From assembly GCA_019414545.1 (NCBI GenBank), contig DXLV01000005.1, positions 12,517 to 76,516 of the forward strand: DNA of 64,000 bases, written 5' to 3'. This document shows positions 32,219 through 42,220 of this stretch, in pieces; the first letter of the stretch is position 1, and the number at the start of each line of letters is the position of its first letter. Below the pieces are notes generated by a model. That model was not told the origin of the DNA, made no database searches, and saw nothing but the letters and a program-made list of their open reading frames with translations. A program made the translations under genes and the position numbers. Source of the DNA: Collinsella sp. (GTDB lineage Bacteria; Actinomycetota; Coriobacteriia; Coriobacteriales; Coriobacteriaceae).

Positions 32219-33250
32219 CTATGTGCGCGGCGCTGCCGTGGTATGTCGAACGATAAGCTGGCCGGGAATGCGAATGGCGACGGTTTTGTCCGATGTCCCC
32301 ACCTTGGGAACCGCATGCTCGAACACCTCGCGCCCGCGCTGATGCAGATCGAATCGAACGGTCGTGAGCTCGTTATGCGCGACAAAGTCGTCGAGCGAGT
32401 CATCGACGCCCACCACGCTCACGTCCTCGGGCACGCGCAGGCCGCTGTCGCGCAGCGCAGCGATAGCGCCGTTTGCCATTTGGTCGTTTGCCGCGTAAAT
32501 CGCCGTCATGGTGCGGTCGTGCTCAGCCAGGTACCGAGCGGCCTCGTAGCCGCTGTTGGCAGACCAGTCGCCCTCGAGTGGCTCTACCGTCTCGATGTGT
32601 TTACGCTCGAGTGTATCTTGCCAACCGGCGCGACGAAATTGCTCGTCGACCGAGAACGACGGGCCGCCAATATAGCGAATCTGCTCGTGCCCCAGCTCAA
32701 ACAGGTGATCCATAAGCAAGAGCGAGCAGCCGTAATGGTCGGAATCGACCGTGGTCACGCGCGGATGCGCGTACATGGTAACGATGACCGTTCCAATGCC
32801 CGGCAACGGATCGAACGTCTCGAAATCGGGCGCCATGCGACTCATGCCGATGATGATACCGTCCACGGGCAGCGCGGCCATACGACGCGTGGCCTCGGCA
32901 AGCGAAAACTCCTCGGTCTTGGACATCTCGACCAGCGTGATGGCGCAATTATGCTCGCGAGCTGCGCTGGCGATGCCGTCGATCATTGAGAGGTTCCCAA
33001 ACTTGGTGACATCGTTGACGCACAGCCCGACCGAATGGTAACGGCCGTCGCGCAGCGAGCGACCGGCATAACTCGGACGAAAGCCAAGCTCTTGCATAGC
33101 GGCCTGCACGCGCTGGCGCGTCTGTTCGTTAACGTTGGGCAAGCCGTTGGCGACGCGCGAAACCGTCTGCTGCGAAACGCCAGCAGCGCGGGCGACGTCG
33201 GCCATGGAGACCGGACGCGAACTGGTATCGTTGGACGGGCGCCTTGCCAC
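32219..33250 (-). CDS. LacI-family regulator of galKT (GalR-like)
   Basis: SMADVARAAGVSQQTVSRV HTH; divergent from galK. Confidence 0.9.
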   Translation of the reverse strand: MARRPSNDTSSRPVSMADVARAAGVSQQTVSRVANGLPNVNEQTRQRVQAAMQELGFRPSYAGRSLRDGRYHSVGLCVNDVTKFGNLSMIDGIASAAREHNCAITLVEMSKTEEFSLAEATRRMAALPVDGIIIGMSRMAPDFETFDPLPGIGTVIVTMYAHPRVTTVDSDHYGCSLLLMDHLFELGHEQIRYIGGPSFSVDEQFRRAGWQDTLERKHIETVEPLEGDWSANSGYEAARYLAEHDRTMTAIYAANDQMANGAIAALRDSGLRVPEDVSVVGVDDSLDDFVAHNELTTVRFDLHQRGREVFEHAVPKVGTSDKTVAIRIPGQLIVRHTTAAPRT

Positions 33251-33343
33251 AGGATCACCTTCACCCTTGAGAGATCTGAATAGCGTGAATGCCGGCCCGG
33301 GCAGAAATACATCCCGCGCCGAGGCCCGCTATCGTCGGACGCA

Positions 33344-33543
33344 TGTTAACGTACTCTACTTTTTCTATCTGCATCTCTTCTGCTTTATAAGTCCATACGG
33401 CAGTACCGTTCACGGCTGAATTTCTACCGATTACCAGATTCTCAAAAAGTGATAAGTGTTGTGTTATGAGTACGTTAACATAGCCCGTAACGTGCGGCAT
33501 CGTAGATGCTGAGTTTATGCCGCTTCAGATTGTTAACGTACTC
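33344..33543. promoter_or_regulatory. Three identical TGTTAACGTACTC LacI-type operators
   Basis: 33344-33356 (+), 33468-33480 (-), 33531-33543 (+) in the galR-galK intergenic region. Confidence 0.8.
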
Positions 33544-33588
33544 ACTACGACGGAAAACTCGTCAGTATGCGCCAAGGAAAGGACCCTC

Positions 33589-34794
33589 ATGACCACCCCC
33601 GACGAAAAGACACTCGCCACGCTCACCAAGCTGTTTGAGGAGGAGTTTGGCCCCATCGGCGATCGCCAGGTGCTCTATGTGCACGCGCCCGGCCGTTCCG
33701 AGATCAGCGGCAACCACACCGATCACGAGGGCGGTCACGTTATCGCCGGCTCGCTCGATGTCGCCGTCGACGGCATCGCCGTGGCAACCGATTCCAACAA
33801 GGTCCGCGTTGCCGACGAGGGCTATCCTACGTTTGAGATCACGCTAGACACGGTAGACATTCAGGAGTCCGAGAAGGGCACGTCCGCGAGCCTCGTCCGC
33901 GGCATGGCCCACGAAATCGCTGCTCTGGGCGTTGAGCCCCAGGGCTTCGACTTCGCCTTCACCTGCTCCGTCCCCTCGGGCGGCGGCCTTTCCAGCTCTG
34001 CCGCCGTCGAGGCCGCGTACGGCCGCGCCATGGAGACGCTCTGGGGCGCGCCCGCCATTGAGCCCGTCGCGCTCGCCCAGATGAGCCAGCGCACCGAGAA
34101 CAACTATTACGGCAAGCCCTGCGGTCTGATGGACCAAGCCGCCGTGTGCCTGGGCGGCCTCGCCTACATGGACTTTGAGGACCAGGCTCAGCCTAAAACC
34201 CAGAAGCTCGAGCTCAACTTTGAGGATCACGGCTATGCGCTCGTGCTCGTTAAGGTTGGCGCCGACCATGTGGCGGCTACCGACGACTACGCCGCCGTTC
34301 CGCGCGAGATGCAGGACGTCGCCGCCGAGTTTGGCAAGGCACGCCTGTGCGAGGTCAACGTTGCCGACTTTGACGCCAAGCTCCCCGAGCTGCGCGCCAA
34401 GCTGGGCGACCGCGCCTGCCTGCGCGCCGTTCACTACTGGTACGAGAACGGCCTGGTCGACAAGCGCTGGGCAGCGCTCAACGCCGGCGACATTGACCAG
34501 TTCCTGGTCCTGACGCGCGAGTCCGGCACCAGCTCTGCCATGTACCTGCAGAATGTCGTTGCCAAGCTGGGATCTGAACAGCCTTCCATGTATGCCTTGG
34601 CGCTGGCCGAGCACGTGCTCGACGGCCGCGGCGCCGTCCGCATTCACGGTGGCGGCTTTGGTGGCACCATCCAGGCCTTCGTGCCGCTCGATCTGGTCGA
34701 CACCTTCATTGCCAAGATGAACGGCTGGCTGGGCGAGGGCTCTGCCCGTCACTACGCCATCTCTGACAAGGGGGCTTACGCGGCATGGCTGTAA
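33589..34794 (+). CDS. galK: Galactokinase
   Basis: APGRSEISGNHTDH, PSGGGLSSSAA, CGLMDQ, RIHGGGFGG. Confidence 0.95.
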   Translation: MTTPDEKTLATLTKLFEEEFGPIGDRQVLYVHAPGRSEISGNHTDHEGGHVIAGSLDVAVDGIAVATDSNKVRVADEGYPTFEITLDTVDIQESEKGTSASLVRGMAHEIAALGVEPQGFDFAFTCSVPSGGGLSSSAAVEAAYGRAMETLWGAPAIEPVALAQMSQRTENNYYGKPCGLMDQAAVCLGGLAYMDFEDQAQPKTQKLELNFEDHGYALVLVKVGADHVAATDDYAAVPREMQDVAAEFGKARLCEVNVADFDAKLPELRAKLGDRACLRAVHYWYENGLVDKRWAALNAGDIDQFLVLTRESGTSSAMYLQNVVAKLGSEQPSMYALALAEHVLDGRGAVRIHGGGFGGTIQAFVPLDLVDTFIAKMNGWLGEGSARHYAISDKGAYAAWL

Positions 34795-36413
34795 TGACTG
34801 ACGTGCGAGAGGCCGCGCAGAACCTGATCGAGTACGCCATCCACCGATCCATGGTCGGTCAGGACGATCGCGTCTGGGCCTACAACACCATTCTCGAGTG
34901 CATCGGTGCTACGGGCCCGGCACTTGACATGGCCTGGGCGCTGCAGACCGAGAAGCTCTCGCTCTTGCGCCCCGACACCCTGCCCGACTTTGATCTTGAA
35001 GGCACGCTCGGCGCGCTTTCCGAGGCCGCCGTTGCCAACGGTGCTGCCAAGGACACGGCGTCAGGCCGCGATCGCATCGCCATGCGCATCATGGGCGCGC
35101 TCATGCCGAGGCCTTCGGTTGTAAACGAGGAGTTCAACGGACGTATGGGCGTCAACGAGCCCCGCGCTGCGACCGACTGGTTCTACGGCCTGTGCTGCGA
35201 CGCCGGCTATGTGCGCCGCGCCGCCATCGCACGCAACATCAAATGGAGCACCCCCACCAACTGGGGTGACCTGGAAATCACCATCAACCTGTCCAAGCCT
35301 GAGAAGGACCCGCGCGATATCGCCGCGGCAGGTGCAGCCAAGAACACGGGCGAGAAGTATCCTGCCTGCCAGCTGTGCATCGAAAACGAGGGCTATCCCG
35401 GACGCTCCGCCGCAGCCGACGGCGGCGCTCACCCCGCCCGCCAGAATCTGCGCGTTATCCCCATCCAGCTCGACGGCGAGCGCTGGGGCTTCCAGTACAG
35501 CCCGTACGCTTACTTTAACGAGCACTGCATTGCCATGAGCTCCGTGCATCGTCCGATGCACGTGGACCGCAAGGGTCTGACCTGCCTGCTCGACTTTGTC
35601 GACCTGTTCCCACACTACTTTATTGGCTCCAACGCCGACCTGCCCATCGTGGGCGGCTCGATCTTGTCACACGACCACTTCCAGGGCGGCGCGCACGAGT
35701 TCCCCATGATGCATGCTGCCGAGGTCTCGCAATTTAGCGTGCCCGGTTTTGACCAGGTCAGCGGTACCGTGCTGCAGTGGCCGCTCTCGGTGCTGCGCCT
35801 GCGCTCGCATGACCGCGCTCAGCTGCTCGACGCTGCCGAGAAGATTATCCTGGCATGGCGCGAGTGGACCGATGAGTCGGTGGGCGTCATCGCGCGCACT
35901 GCCGACGGCGTGGCCCACAACACCGTGACGCCCGTCATCCGCCGCGTCGACTCCCGCGGCAATGCCGGAGGCGAGATCTACGAGGCCTACTTGGCGCTTC
36001 GCTGCAACATCACGACCGACGAGCATCCGCTGGGCGTGTTCCACCCGCATGCCGAGTATCACCACATTAAGAAGGAGAACATCGGCCTGATCGAGGTTAT
36101 GGGTCTCGCCATTCTTCCGCCGCGCCTGGTTCCCGAGCTCGGCGCTGTCCGCGAGCACCTGCTGGCGGCCAAGGCCGATGCCAGCTACGACCTTGTCGGC
36201 GCGCTCGAGGGCGATAATCTTTGCCGCAGCCACGCCGCATGGGCCGAGGATGTCTATGCCCGCCGCGCCGACGAGCTTACGGCGGACAACGCCATCGATA
36301 TCCTGCACGAGGAGGTCGGCATGGTGTTTGGCCACGTGCTCGACAACGCCGGCGTCTTTAAGTGGGACGAAGCCGGCCGCGCCGCCCAGCAGCGCTTTAT
36401 CGACTCACTGTAA
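34794..36413 (+). CDS. galT: Galactose-1-phosphate uridylyltransferase (class II)
   Basis: ITINLSKPEKDPRDIA, HPARQNLR, GSNADLPIVGGSILSHDHFQGG, HHIKKENIGLIEVMG. Confidence 0.95.
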   Translation: MTDVREAAQNLIEYAIHRSMVGQDDRVWAYNTILECIGATGPALDMAWALQTEKLSLLRPDTLPDFDLEGTLGALSEAAVANGAAKDTASGRDRIAMRIMGALMPRPSVVNEEFNGRMGVNEPRAATDWFYGLCCDAGYVRRAAIARNIKWSTPTNWGDLEITINLSKPEKDPRDIAAAGAAKNTGEKYPACQLCIENEGYPGRSAAADGGAHPARQNLRVIPIQLDGERWGFQYSPYAYFNEHCIAMSSVHRPMHVDRKGLTCLLDFVDLFPHYFIGSNADLPIVGGSILSHDHFQGGAHEFPMMHAAEVSQFSVPGFDQVSGTVLQWPLSVLRLRSHDRAQLLDAAEKIILAWREWTDESVGVIARTADGVAHNTVTPVIRRVDSRGNAGGEIYEAYLALRCNITTDEHPLGVFHPHAEYHHIKKENIGLIEVMGLAILPPRLVPELGAVREHLLAAKADASYDLVGALEGDNLCRSHAAWAEDVYARRADELTADNAIDILHEEVGMVFGHVLDNAGVFKWDEAGRAAQQRFIDSL

Positions 36414-36548
36414 CAGACGAGTTCGGACGCTCGCGCTCAACACATAGCGCCTACATGACAACGGCGCCCGTCGACAACATCGCCGACGGGCGCTTTTTTG
36501 GTGCAAAGGGATGGTGCAAGAAGCGTCCCCAAGTGCCGGCCAAAACAC

Positions 36549-36612
36549 GAGAGTGGATAATCTCCCACTTTGAGCCCGCAAACAGGCCAAAAACGGGAGA
36601 TTATCCACTCTC
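36549..36612. repeat. Perfect 18-bp inverted repeat
   Basis: GAGAGTGGATAATCTCCC ... GGGAGATTATCCACTCTC. Confidence 0.7.
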
Positions 36613-36674
36613 ATTCTGCGAGCACTCATTTAAGCCTGTCCCCAATGAGTGCCCCTTTGGTACGTGACCGACGA

Positions 36675-36747
36675 TTGAACGTCAGATTGCCGCTTAGGGG
36701 CGTTTGCAGCGTCGAGCCGTTACGGCGTTTGGTAAAACGCCGTAACT
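36675..36747 (-). repeat. Truncated copy B of the post-stop multi-hairpin repeat
   Basis: Minus strand reads TAA-AGTTACGGCGTTTTACCAAACGCCGTAACGGCTCGACGCTGC...CAATCTGACGTTCAA, matching copy A. Confidence 0.8.
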
Positions 36748-37683
36748 TTAAAGCTCCGTTACTTCAACGTTGTTGTAGATCTCGTCCCAGCGGTTCATGA
36801 CCAGGTGGCCGGTCTTGGGGTCCATGGCGTTGAGCTTACCGCAGGTATTGGCGGTCTTGAGCACCGTGACGTCGTCGGCACCAGCAGCAATGGCATGCGC
36901 AAAGCCGGCGATGGTCGAGTCGCCGGAACCTGTTGCGTTCACAGCCGCAATCGCGGGCGTCTTGGCGCGGAACGCGCGACCTTCATGGAAGCCTACCGAA
37001 CCGGCAGCGCCCATCGAAACGACAACCCAGGGAATACCGGCAAAACGGTCATCGGCGGCAAGCGCCTCGCGCAGGGCATCGACATCATCGGTCGTAAAGG
37101 ACGTACCCAGCAGGCCGTTAATCTCGGTCAGGTTGGGCTTTACGAGCTCAGGCTTAGCGTCGGACTCCAGCGCGGCCTCCAGCGATGCACCCGAGGTGTC
37201 GAGCAGCACCTTGGCGCCCGCCTCCTCGGCGATCTTGACGAGCTCGGCATAGTAGCCGGCATCGACGCCACGCGGCAGCGAGCCCGAAAGCGTCACAACG
37301 TCCGCCTTCGCTGCAAGCTCGGCGAACTTAGCCGTAAAGGTCTCGAGCTCGGCCGGGGCGATCTGCGGGCCGCTCTCCAGCAGCTCGGTCTGATTACCCT
37401 CGTGCAAAATATTCAGGCAAATGCGCGTCTCACCGGCGATGGGCACAAAGTCGTTCTTGACGCCGTCGGCATCCATAAGCTCGGCCATATAGGCACCCAT
37501 GTGACCGCCAAGCAGACCGGTCGCGAGCACATCGTCGCCCAACTGCAGCAGCACGCGGCTCACGTTGAGACCCTTGCCGCCAGCGGTCTTTTCGGGTGTC
37601 ACGCGGTTAACGTCGTCAATGACCAGCTTGTCGAGCTGATAGCGCGTATCAATCGACGGGTTCATGGTAACGGTCAGAATCAT
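36748..37683 (-). CDS. lacC: Tagatose-6-phosphate kinase
   Basis: MILTVTMNPSID, AGGKGLNVSRV, SGSLP, KPNLTE, NATGSGDS; lac cluster context. Confidence 0.9.
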   Translation of the reverse strand: MILTVTMNPSIDTRYQLDKLVIDDVNRVTPEKTAGGKGLNVSRVLLQLGDDVLATGLLGGHMGAYMAELMDADGVKNDFVPIAGETRICLNILHEGNQTELLESGPQIAPAELETFTAKFAELAAKADVVTLSGSLPRGVDAGYYAELVKIAEEAGAKVLLDTSGASLEAALESDAKPELVKPNLTEINGLLGTSFTTDDVDALREALAADDRFAGIPWVVVSMGAAGSVGFHEGRAFRAKTPAIAAVNATGSGDSTIAGFAHAIAAGADDVTVLKTANTCGKLNAMDPKTGHLVMNRWDEIYNNVEVTEL

Positions 37684-37736
37684 ATTGAACTCCTGTTCCG
37701 GGGCGGCATGACCCACCCCAAACATACGATAGCTCG

Positions 37737-38618
37737 TTAAAGGATCTCGATCTCAAAGCCGCGGGTGACGGTCTCCCCCGGCCTGGCAACCAGGCAGCCA
37801 CGCTTGTGCTCCAGAATATCGTCCTCGTCGGAGCAGGTAGACAGGCCGCCCCACGGTTCCACGGCCACAAAGTCGCCCTCGGGCTTGCTCCACACAATCA
37901 GGTATGGCATATCGGGGAACGTCAGGCGCACGCCCTTGTCCTCGGTTTTCTTGGTCAGCGTAACCACGCGGCTCTCGAGCACGTCAAAGATGGTCTCCGC
38001 GAAGTCGAAGAGTTCGTGGGTAAGCGACAGGTCGTGGCCGACCATCGGGTTTTTGCTGCGATGCTCAACATCAATCAGGCCCGTCGAGGGAACGGCAGTA
38101 CAGAGCTCGGTGGCCTCACGCTGCTCAAAACGGAGCTCGTAATCGTCATAGGACTCGCCCTCGTCGAGCGGGCACTTAAAGCCGGGGTGACCACCCACAA
38201 AGAATGGCATATCCTCGGTGCCCTCGTTGGTCACTTCGTACGATACGGTCACCTTAGCCGCATCAATAGTGTAACGAGCAACGATCTTAAACGGATACGG
38301 ATACTGCTCGAGCAATTCGGCATGGTCGGCAGAGCTTAGGCTCAGCGCAACCATGTTGTCGCTCTGCTCCTCGAGCTTCCACTCCTGTTTGCGTGCAAAG
38401 CCGTGGCGGGCAAGCTTAACCTCGCGGCCGCCCATGGTCATTGCGCGACCGTCACGAAGGCCACCGCAGATCGGGAAGCAAATGGGTGCTTGGCCCGACC
38501 AAACCGCCGGGTCACCCTGCCACAGGTACTCGCGGCCGTTGGCTTTAATCGAAGTGAACGACCCGCCCGCCGTGCTCAACGCCACGCGAATCAAACCGTT
38601 ATCAAGAACAAACTCCAT
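37737..38618 (-). CDS. lacX: LacX-type aldose 1-epimerase family protein
   Basis: EYLWQGDPAVWSGQAPICFP, RHGFAR, GGHPGF, FVAVEPW. Confidence 0.88.
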   Translation of the reverse strand: MEFVLDNGLIRVALSTAGGSFTSIKANGREYLWQGDPAVWSGQAPICFPICGGLRDGRAMTMGGREVKLARHGFARKQEWKLEEQSDNMVALSLSSADHAELLEQYPYPFKIVARYTIDAAKVTVSYEVTNEGTEDMPFFVGGHPGFKCPLDEGESYDDYELRFEQREATELCTAVPSTGLIDVEHRSKNPMVGHDLSLTHELFDFAETIFDVLESRVVTLTKKTEDKGVRLTFPDMPYLIVWSKPEGDFVAVEPWGGLSTCSDEDDILEHKRGCLVARPGETVTRGFEIEIL

Positions 38619-38732
38619 AGGAGCCTTCCCTTTCGTACGACAGCCCGCCGAGTCAGTGGGGCTGATAGAAAACCGGCCCGCGCCCCCTCACAGAAACGCG
38701 AGCCGTCAATTGAACCAAGACGCAGCAATAAC

Positions 38733-38910
38733 AGCAGGGGCAACCCCGCAGGTCACCTCAACGTCAGCGAGAAGCCAGCTGGCGAGGCAAGGTGCCGTGA
38801 AGCGAGACGGCATTGACCTTCTGGTCATGCCGTCGAAGCTGAGCGGCAGATTGCCCGCCAGATGGCTTCGCAGCGTCGACCGGTCCGGCGTTTGTTAAAA
38901 CGCCGGAACC
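38733..38910 (-). repeat. Copy C of the post-stop multi-hairpin repeat
   Basis: GTTCCGGCGTTTTAACAAACGCCGGAC..GTCGACGCTGCG..CAATCTG..GACCAGAAGGTCA..TTCACGGCACCTTG..ACCTGCGG. Confidence 0.8.
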
Positions 38911-38913
38911 CCC

Positions 38914-39438
38914 TTAGTCGTGATACTCGCCGCGGTCCCACTTCTCGAGGAACTCGTCAAAGAAGTGCGGGTCAGCCTGAGCCTCAGCGTCGACCTTATT
39001 GCAGGCATCGATCTTGGCAATCAGGGCATCGTGCTCGGGGGTCTTCTCGTAGGGCTCCTCCAGGAAGGCAAGCATGATATCGGCCATCAGGAACTCGCCG
39101 GTGATCTTGCCGCCAAAGCCCACGATGTTGGCGTTGAGCTCGCGACGGGCATACAGGGCGGAGGTCATGTCGCGAACCAAGGCGCAGCGAGCGCCGGGAA
39201 CCTTGTTGACGGCGTTGGTGATGCCGATGCCGGTGCCGCACAGGGCCACGCCAAAGTCGGCCTTGCCGCTGGCAACAGCCTCGCCCACGGCCTTACCGTA
39301 GATGGGATAGTGCGTACGGGTGTGGCTGTAGGTGCCGCAGTCGAGCACCTTGTAGCCAGCCTGCTCCAGGCGGTCGGCCAGATAGATCTTCTCGTCCGTA
39401 ACGATATGGTCGCAACCGATTGCGATGGTCTTCTTCAT
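38914..39438 (-). CDS. lacB: Galactose-6-phosphate isomerase subunit B
   Basis: [53 protein letters not shown]. Confidence 0.97.
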   Translation of the reverse strand: MKKTIAIGCDHIVTDEKIYLADRLEQAGYKVLDCGTYSHTRTHYPIYGKAVGEAVASGKADFGVALCGTGIGITNAVNKVPGARCALVRDMTSALYARRELNANIVGFGGKITGEFLMADIMLAFLEEPYEKTPEHDALIAKIDACNKVDAEAQADPHFFDEFLEKWDRGEYHD

Positions 39439-39501
39439 CAGAACGTCCTTTCGTCTGAATTCACAAGTTGAGGTAGAAGTTCGAGTTCTCGGTGGCTCTC
39501 G

Positions 39502-39930
39502 TTAGGCCATCTTGTTGAGCATGTCGACACGGATCTGGTGACGGCCGCCGGCGTACTGGGCGCGCAGGAACTCGCGGGCGATCTTCTTGGCGACCTCGGT
39601 GCCCACAACGCCCGGGCCCATGGTGACCATGCGCGAGCCGTTGTGCTCGCGGGTCATGTAGGCGGAACGCTCGTCGGAAATGTTGGCGACGACCATGCCC
39701 TTGATCTTGACGGCGGCCATATAGGATCCGACGCCGTACTTATCGAATGCGAAGCCCTGGGAATCCTTGTGCTCCAGCAGGTCCTTGGCAACGGCGGTCG
39801 CGGAATCGACAAAGTCCGCGGCAGGGGTCTCGGAATAGTCGACGACCTCGTGACCGTCGGCGATGAGCATCTCCTTGATGGACTCCTTCATCGACATACC
39901 GTCGGCATCGGAAGCGATTACAACCCTCAT
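39502..39930 (-). CDS. lacA: Galactose-6-phosphate isomerase subunit A
   Basis: SDERSAYMTREHNG, YAGGRHQIRVDMLNKM. Confidence 0.97.
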   Translation of the reverse strand: MRVVIASDADGMSMKESIKEMLIADGHEVVDYSETPAADFVDSATAVAKDLLEHKDSQGFAFDKYGVGSYMAAVKIKGMVVANISDERSAYMTREHNGSRMVTMGPGVVGTEVAKKIAREFLRAQYAGGRHQIRVDMLNKMA

Positions 39931-40024
39931 GACATCCTCCTTGAGAGATACGCAGGTGCGTAGTTTCTGTTTGGAAGTGTTGAATCGCGCTCAGGTCCGG
40001 GCATCTGAATGTGCGGTTCTTCAC

Positions 40025-40100
40025 TGTTCATGTTTATTTGAACACATTCGAACATCGACTGCAACAACTATTTGTTTATCTTTGTTCTTTTTTGAACAAA
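40025..40100. promoter_or_regulatory. AT-rich lacA upstream region with repeated TGTTT/GAACA motifs (candidate DeoR/LacR sites)
   Basis: TGTTCATGTTTATTTGAACACATTCGAACA...TTGTTTATCTTTGTTCTTTTTTGAACAAA; similar AACA repeats upstream of lacF (~42090-42190) and lacR (~52615-52635). Confidence 0.5.
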
Positions 40101-40237
40101 TGCCGTTCACGGATGATTGTTGAACGTTTGGGCCCGGCACGGACGTAGCGACCATGTGTCCAACAAACAAAAGGGCGGCCGAGAACGTGTCTCGGCCGCC
40201 CTTCTTGCGGTTGATCTTCCAAAGATCGCGTTGCCGC

Positions 40238-41251
40238 CTACTCAGACCGCCCGCTCTTCTTGGCATGTTTGGACGGAGCGCTCAGAAAGCGACCCGTCAA
40301 ATAGTTCGCCGGGCCGGAAATATCAATCCCCAGTAGCACGTGCCCCAGTCACAAAAACGCCGCGAGCACCAGCAATGGAATCACGCACGAGGTCACGATC
40401 ATCACGATGACACCTTCGATCAGATCGGTCACCTGCTGCACAATTTCATCGGTCATCTGCTTGGCACCGCTGGTCACCGATGTGACGAGACTCGAGGCGC
40501 CGTCGGCAAGCTGCTCAAGCACATTCTTGGACTCTGCGGACTCGGTCTTTTTCTTGCTTGCTTTGGAGCTGTCGCTATCTGCCGCACCCGCAGCGTCGGC
40601 CGCCTTTTGCTCGGCCACCTCGATGCTCACTCGATACGTTTCGTCGACCTTTTGCGACACCCATACGCTTGCAGGCACCAAGGCCATTCCGATCATGGCG
40701 ACCACCAGCACGCGAGTCGCCACGCGGCGCAGGACGGCGCTCGTGCTCCAGCGCCCGTGAATGCCGAGCGACACCGCAAAGAGTACCAGCGCAAACGGGA
40801 TCAGGATGCCTAGGCCAACCGACCACAAAATAGTCAGCAGATATTTCTCGAGATAGAGCACGGCAAGCACGATGCCCAAGTTGCCTGAAAGCTGCGCGAG
40901 CTGCTCGGCAACCGGCGTTCCCGTATCACCCGGCAGCGCGGTAATGCCCGCAGACAGCGCCACGCACGAGGTCGTGAGCGCCAAAACATTGCCCTTCTTT
41001 TGATCGATGACCTCGATGGTGGAGTCCCAAGTCTTGGTATCGGCAAAATGCGGACGAGCCACAAAGCCCGACAGCAAGGCCAGTACCACGAGCGCAACGA
41101 TGATACCGATCTGCAGCTTTTTGTTTGCGCACACGACATCGGACAGGCTGGGCTGCAGCTCGGTTACCGTCGTGTGCTCGGTTATCTGGACAGGACGCCC
41201 ATGAGCCATCTCGTGCGCGTCTCTTTTTTGAATTGATCCGTTGTCCGGCAT
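40238..41251 (-). pseudogene. Multi-TM membrane protein with an apparent premature TGA near its C-terminus
   Basis: ORF stops at ...VLAAFL-TGA (40349-40351), but the frame continues LGHVLLGIDISGP... to TAG at 40238. Confidence 0.55.
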
Positions 41252-41368
41252 TTGGATACCTCCTCATTCCGGCCTGTATTGCGGATGGAAGTATACCCAC
41301 CCATCGAAAAACCGAACGGCAGGAGGCGCAACAAGCTGCTGCATGATCCGCCCGCCATGAAATGGGCC

Positions 41369-41498
41369 CATCTACTACGTTTAACCGCCAATCCCCGACC
41401 ATGCCACAAAGCGAAAAAACAAAACCGCAGGTAGAAGTCCTGCGATTTTTCATGAAACGCGGGTGTGTTCGAGGGTATCGGGTTAAACGTAGTAGATG
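41369..41498. repeat. ~130-bp element with CATCTACTAC...GTAGTAGATG inverted ends
   Basis: 18-bp perfect inverted repeat; central AAAACCGCAGGTAG; related copy at 55549-55680. Confidence 0.7.
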
Positions 41499-41607
41499 AG
41501 CCAGTTTCGTGGCGAGCGCTGCCAACCGATCCTCCGGGGACGGGAAAAGCGGGTCATTTGGGGCTGTCGGCCCCTATTTCGCCGCAACCTAGATAGGTGG
41601 GATACAG

Positions 41608-41640
41608 AAAAACCCTGCCGCGGATAGCGGCAGGGTTTTT
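41608..41640 (-). terminator. Rho-independent terminator after lacF (bidirectional form)
   Basis: AAAAACCCTGCCGC-ggata-GCGGCAGGGTTTTT. Confidence 0.85.
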
Positions 41641-41667
41641 GGAAGGGGACGAGGTTGTGAAGGCTCG

Positions 41668-42006
41668 TTAGGCGAGCTTGGCCTCGAGCTCGGCGATGCG
41701 CTTGTAGGCATCGATGGTAAAGCGGGTCTGCTTCTCCAGGATCATGGTGGTCATGAGGGTGTCCTGAGCGTGAGCCATGATGAAGGTCATCTCCATCTCG
41801 CCGCCGCCGGCCTCCTGCGAAAGCAGCTTGGTCTGCGTGTCGTGGGCACCGATGAGCGCATCGCTGGCATCCTTGTGCAGCTGCTCGGCCTTCTCAAAAT
41901 CACCCTCGCGAGCAGCATCGAGCGCTGCAAGCAGATCGGTCTGGGCGTCGCCCGCGTATGCGACAATCTCGAATCCAACCATCGAGATTTCTTCTTTGGT
42001 TGCCAT
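41668..42006 (-). CDS. lacF: PTS lactose-specific EIIA
   Basis: GFEIVAYAGDA, AHDTQTKLL, MAHAQDTLMTT. Confidence 0.93.
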   Translation of the reverse strand: MATKEEISMVGFEIVAYAGDAQTDLLAALDAAREGDFEKAEQLHKDASDALIGAHDTQTKLLSQEAGGGEMEMTFIMAHAQDTLMTTMILEKQTRFTIDAYKRIAELEAKLA

Positions 42007-42220
42007 ATTGCGTTCCTTTCACATATGAACCAATGGAGAGCATCGCGTCCGGGCATACGCGCTGCGTTGTGTATGACAGAGACAGTAACATTCAAACAAA
42101 AAAGAACAGCGCAAAACGTAATTTCGAGCTATGAACGGTCGTTTTTCGCCCGTGAGCGGTTTTTAAACCAATCCGAACATTCTTGAACACAATTAGCGGA
42201 AACCCAAGCGGGACCGCACC

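Noticed and set aside
40349..40351. Selenocysteine readthrough at the in-frame TGA
   Set aside because: It lies in a TM helix with no redox motif and no convincing SECIS; a Trp nonsense mutation is simpler.
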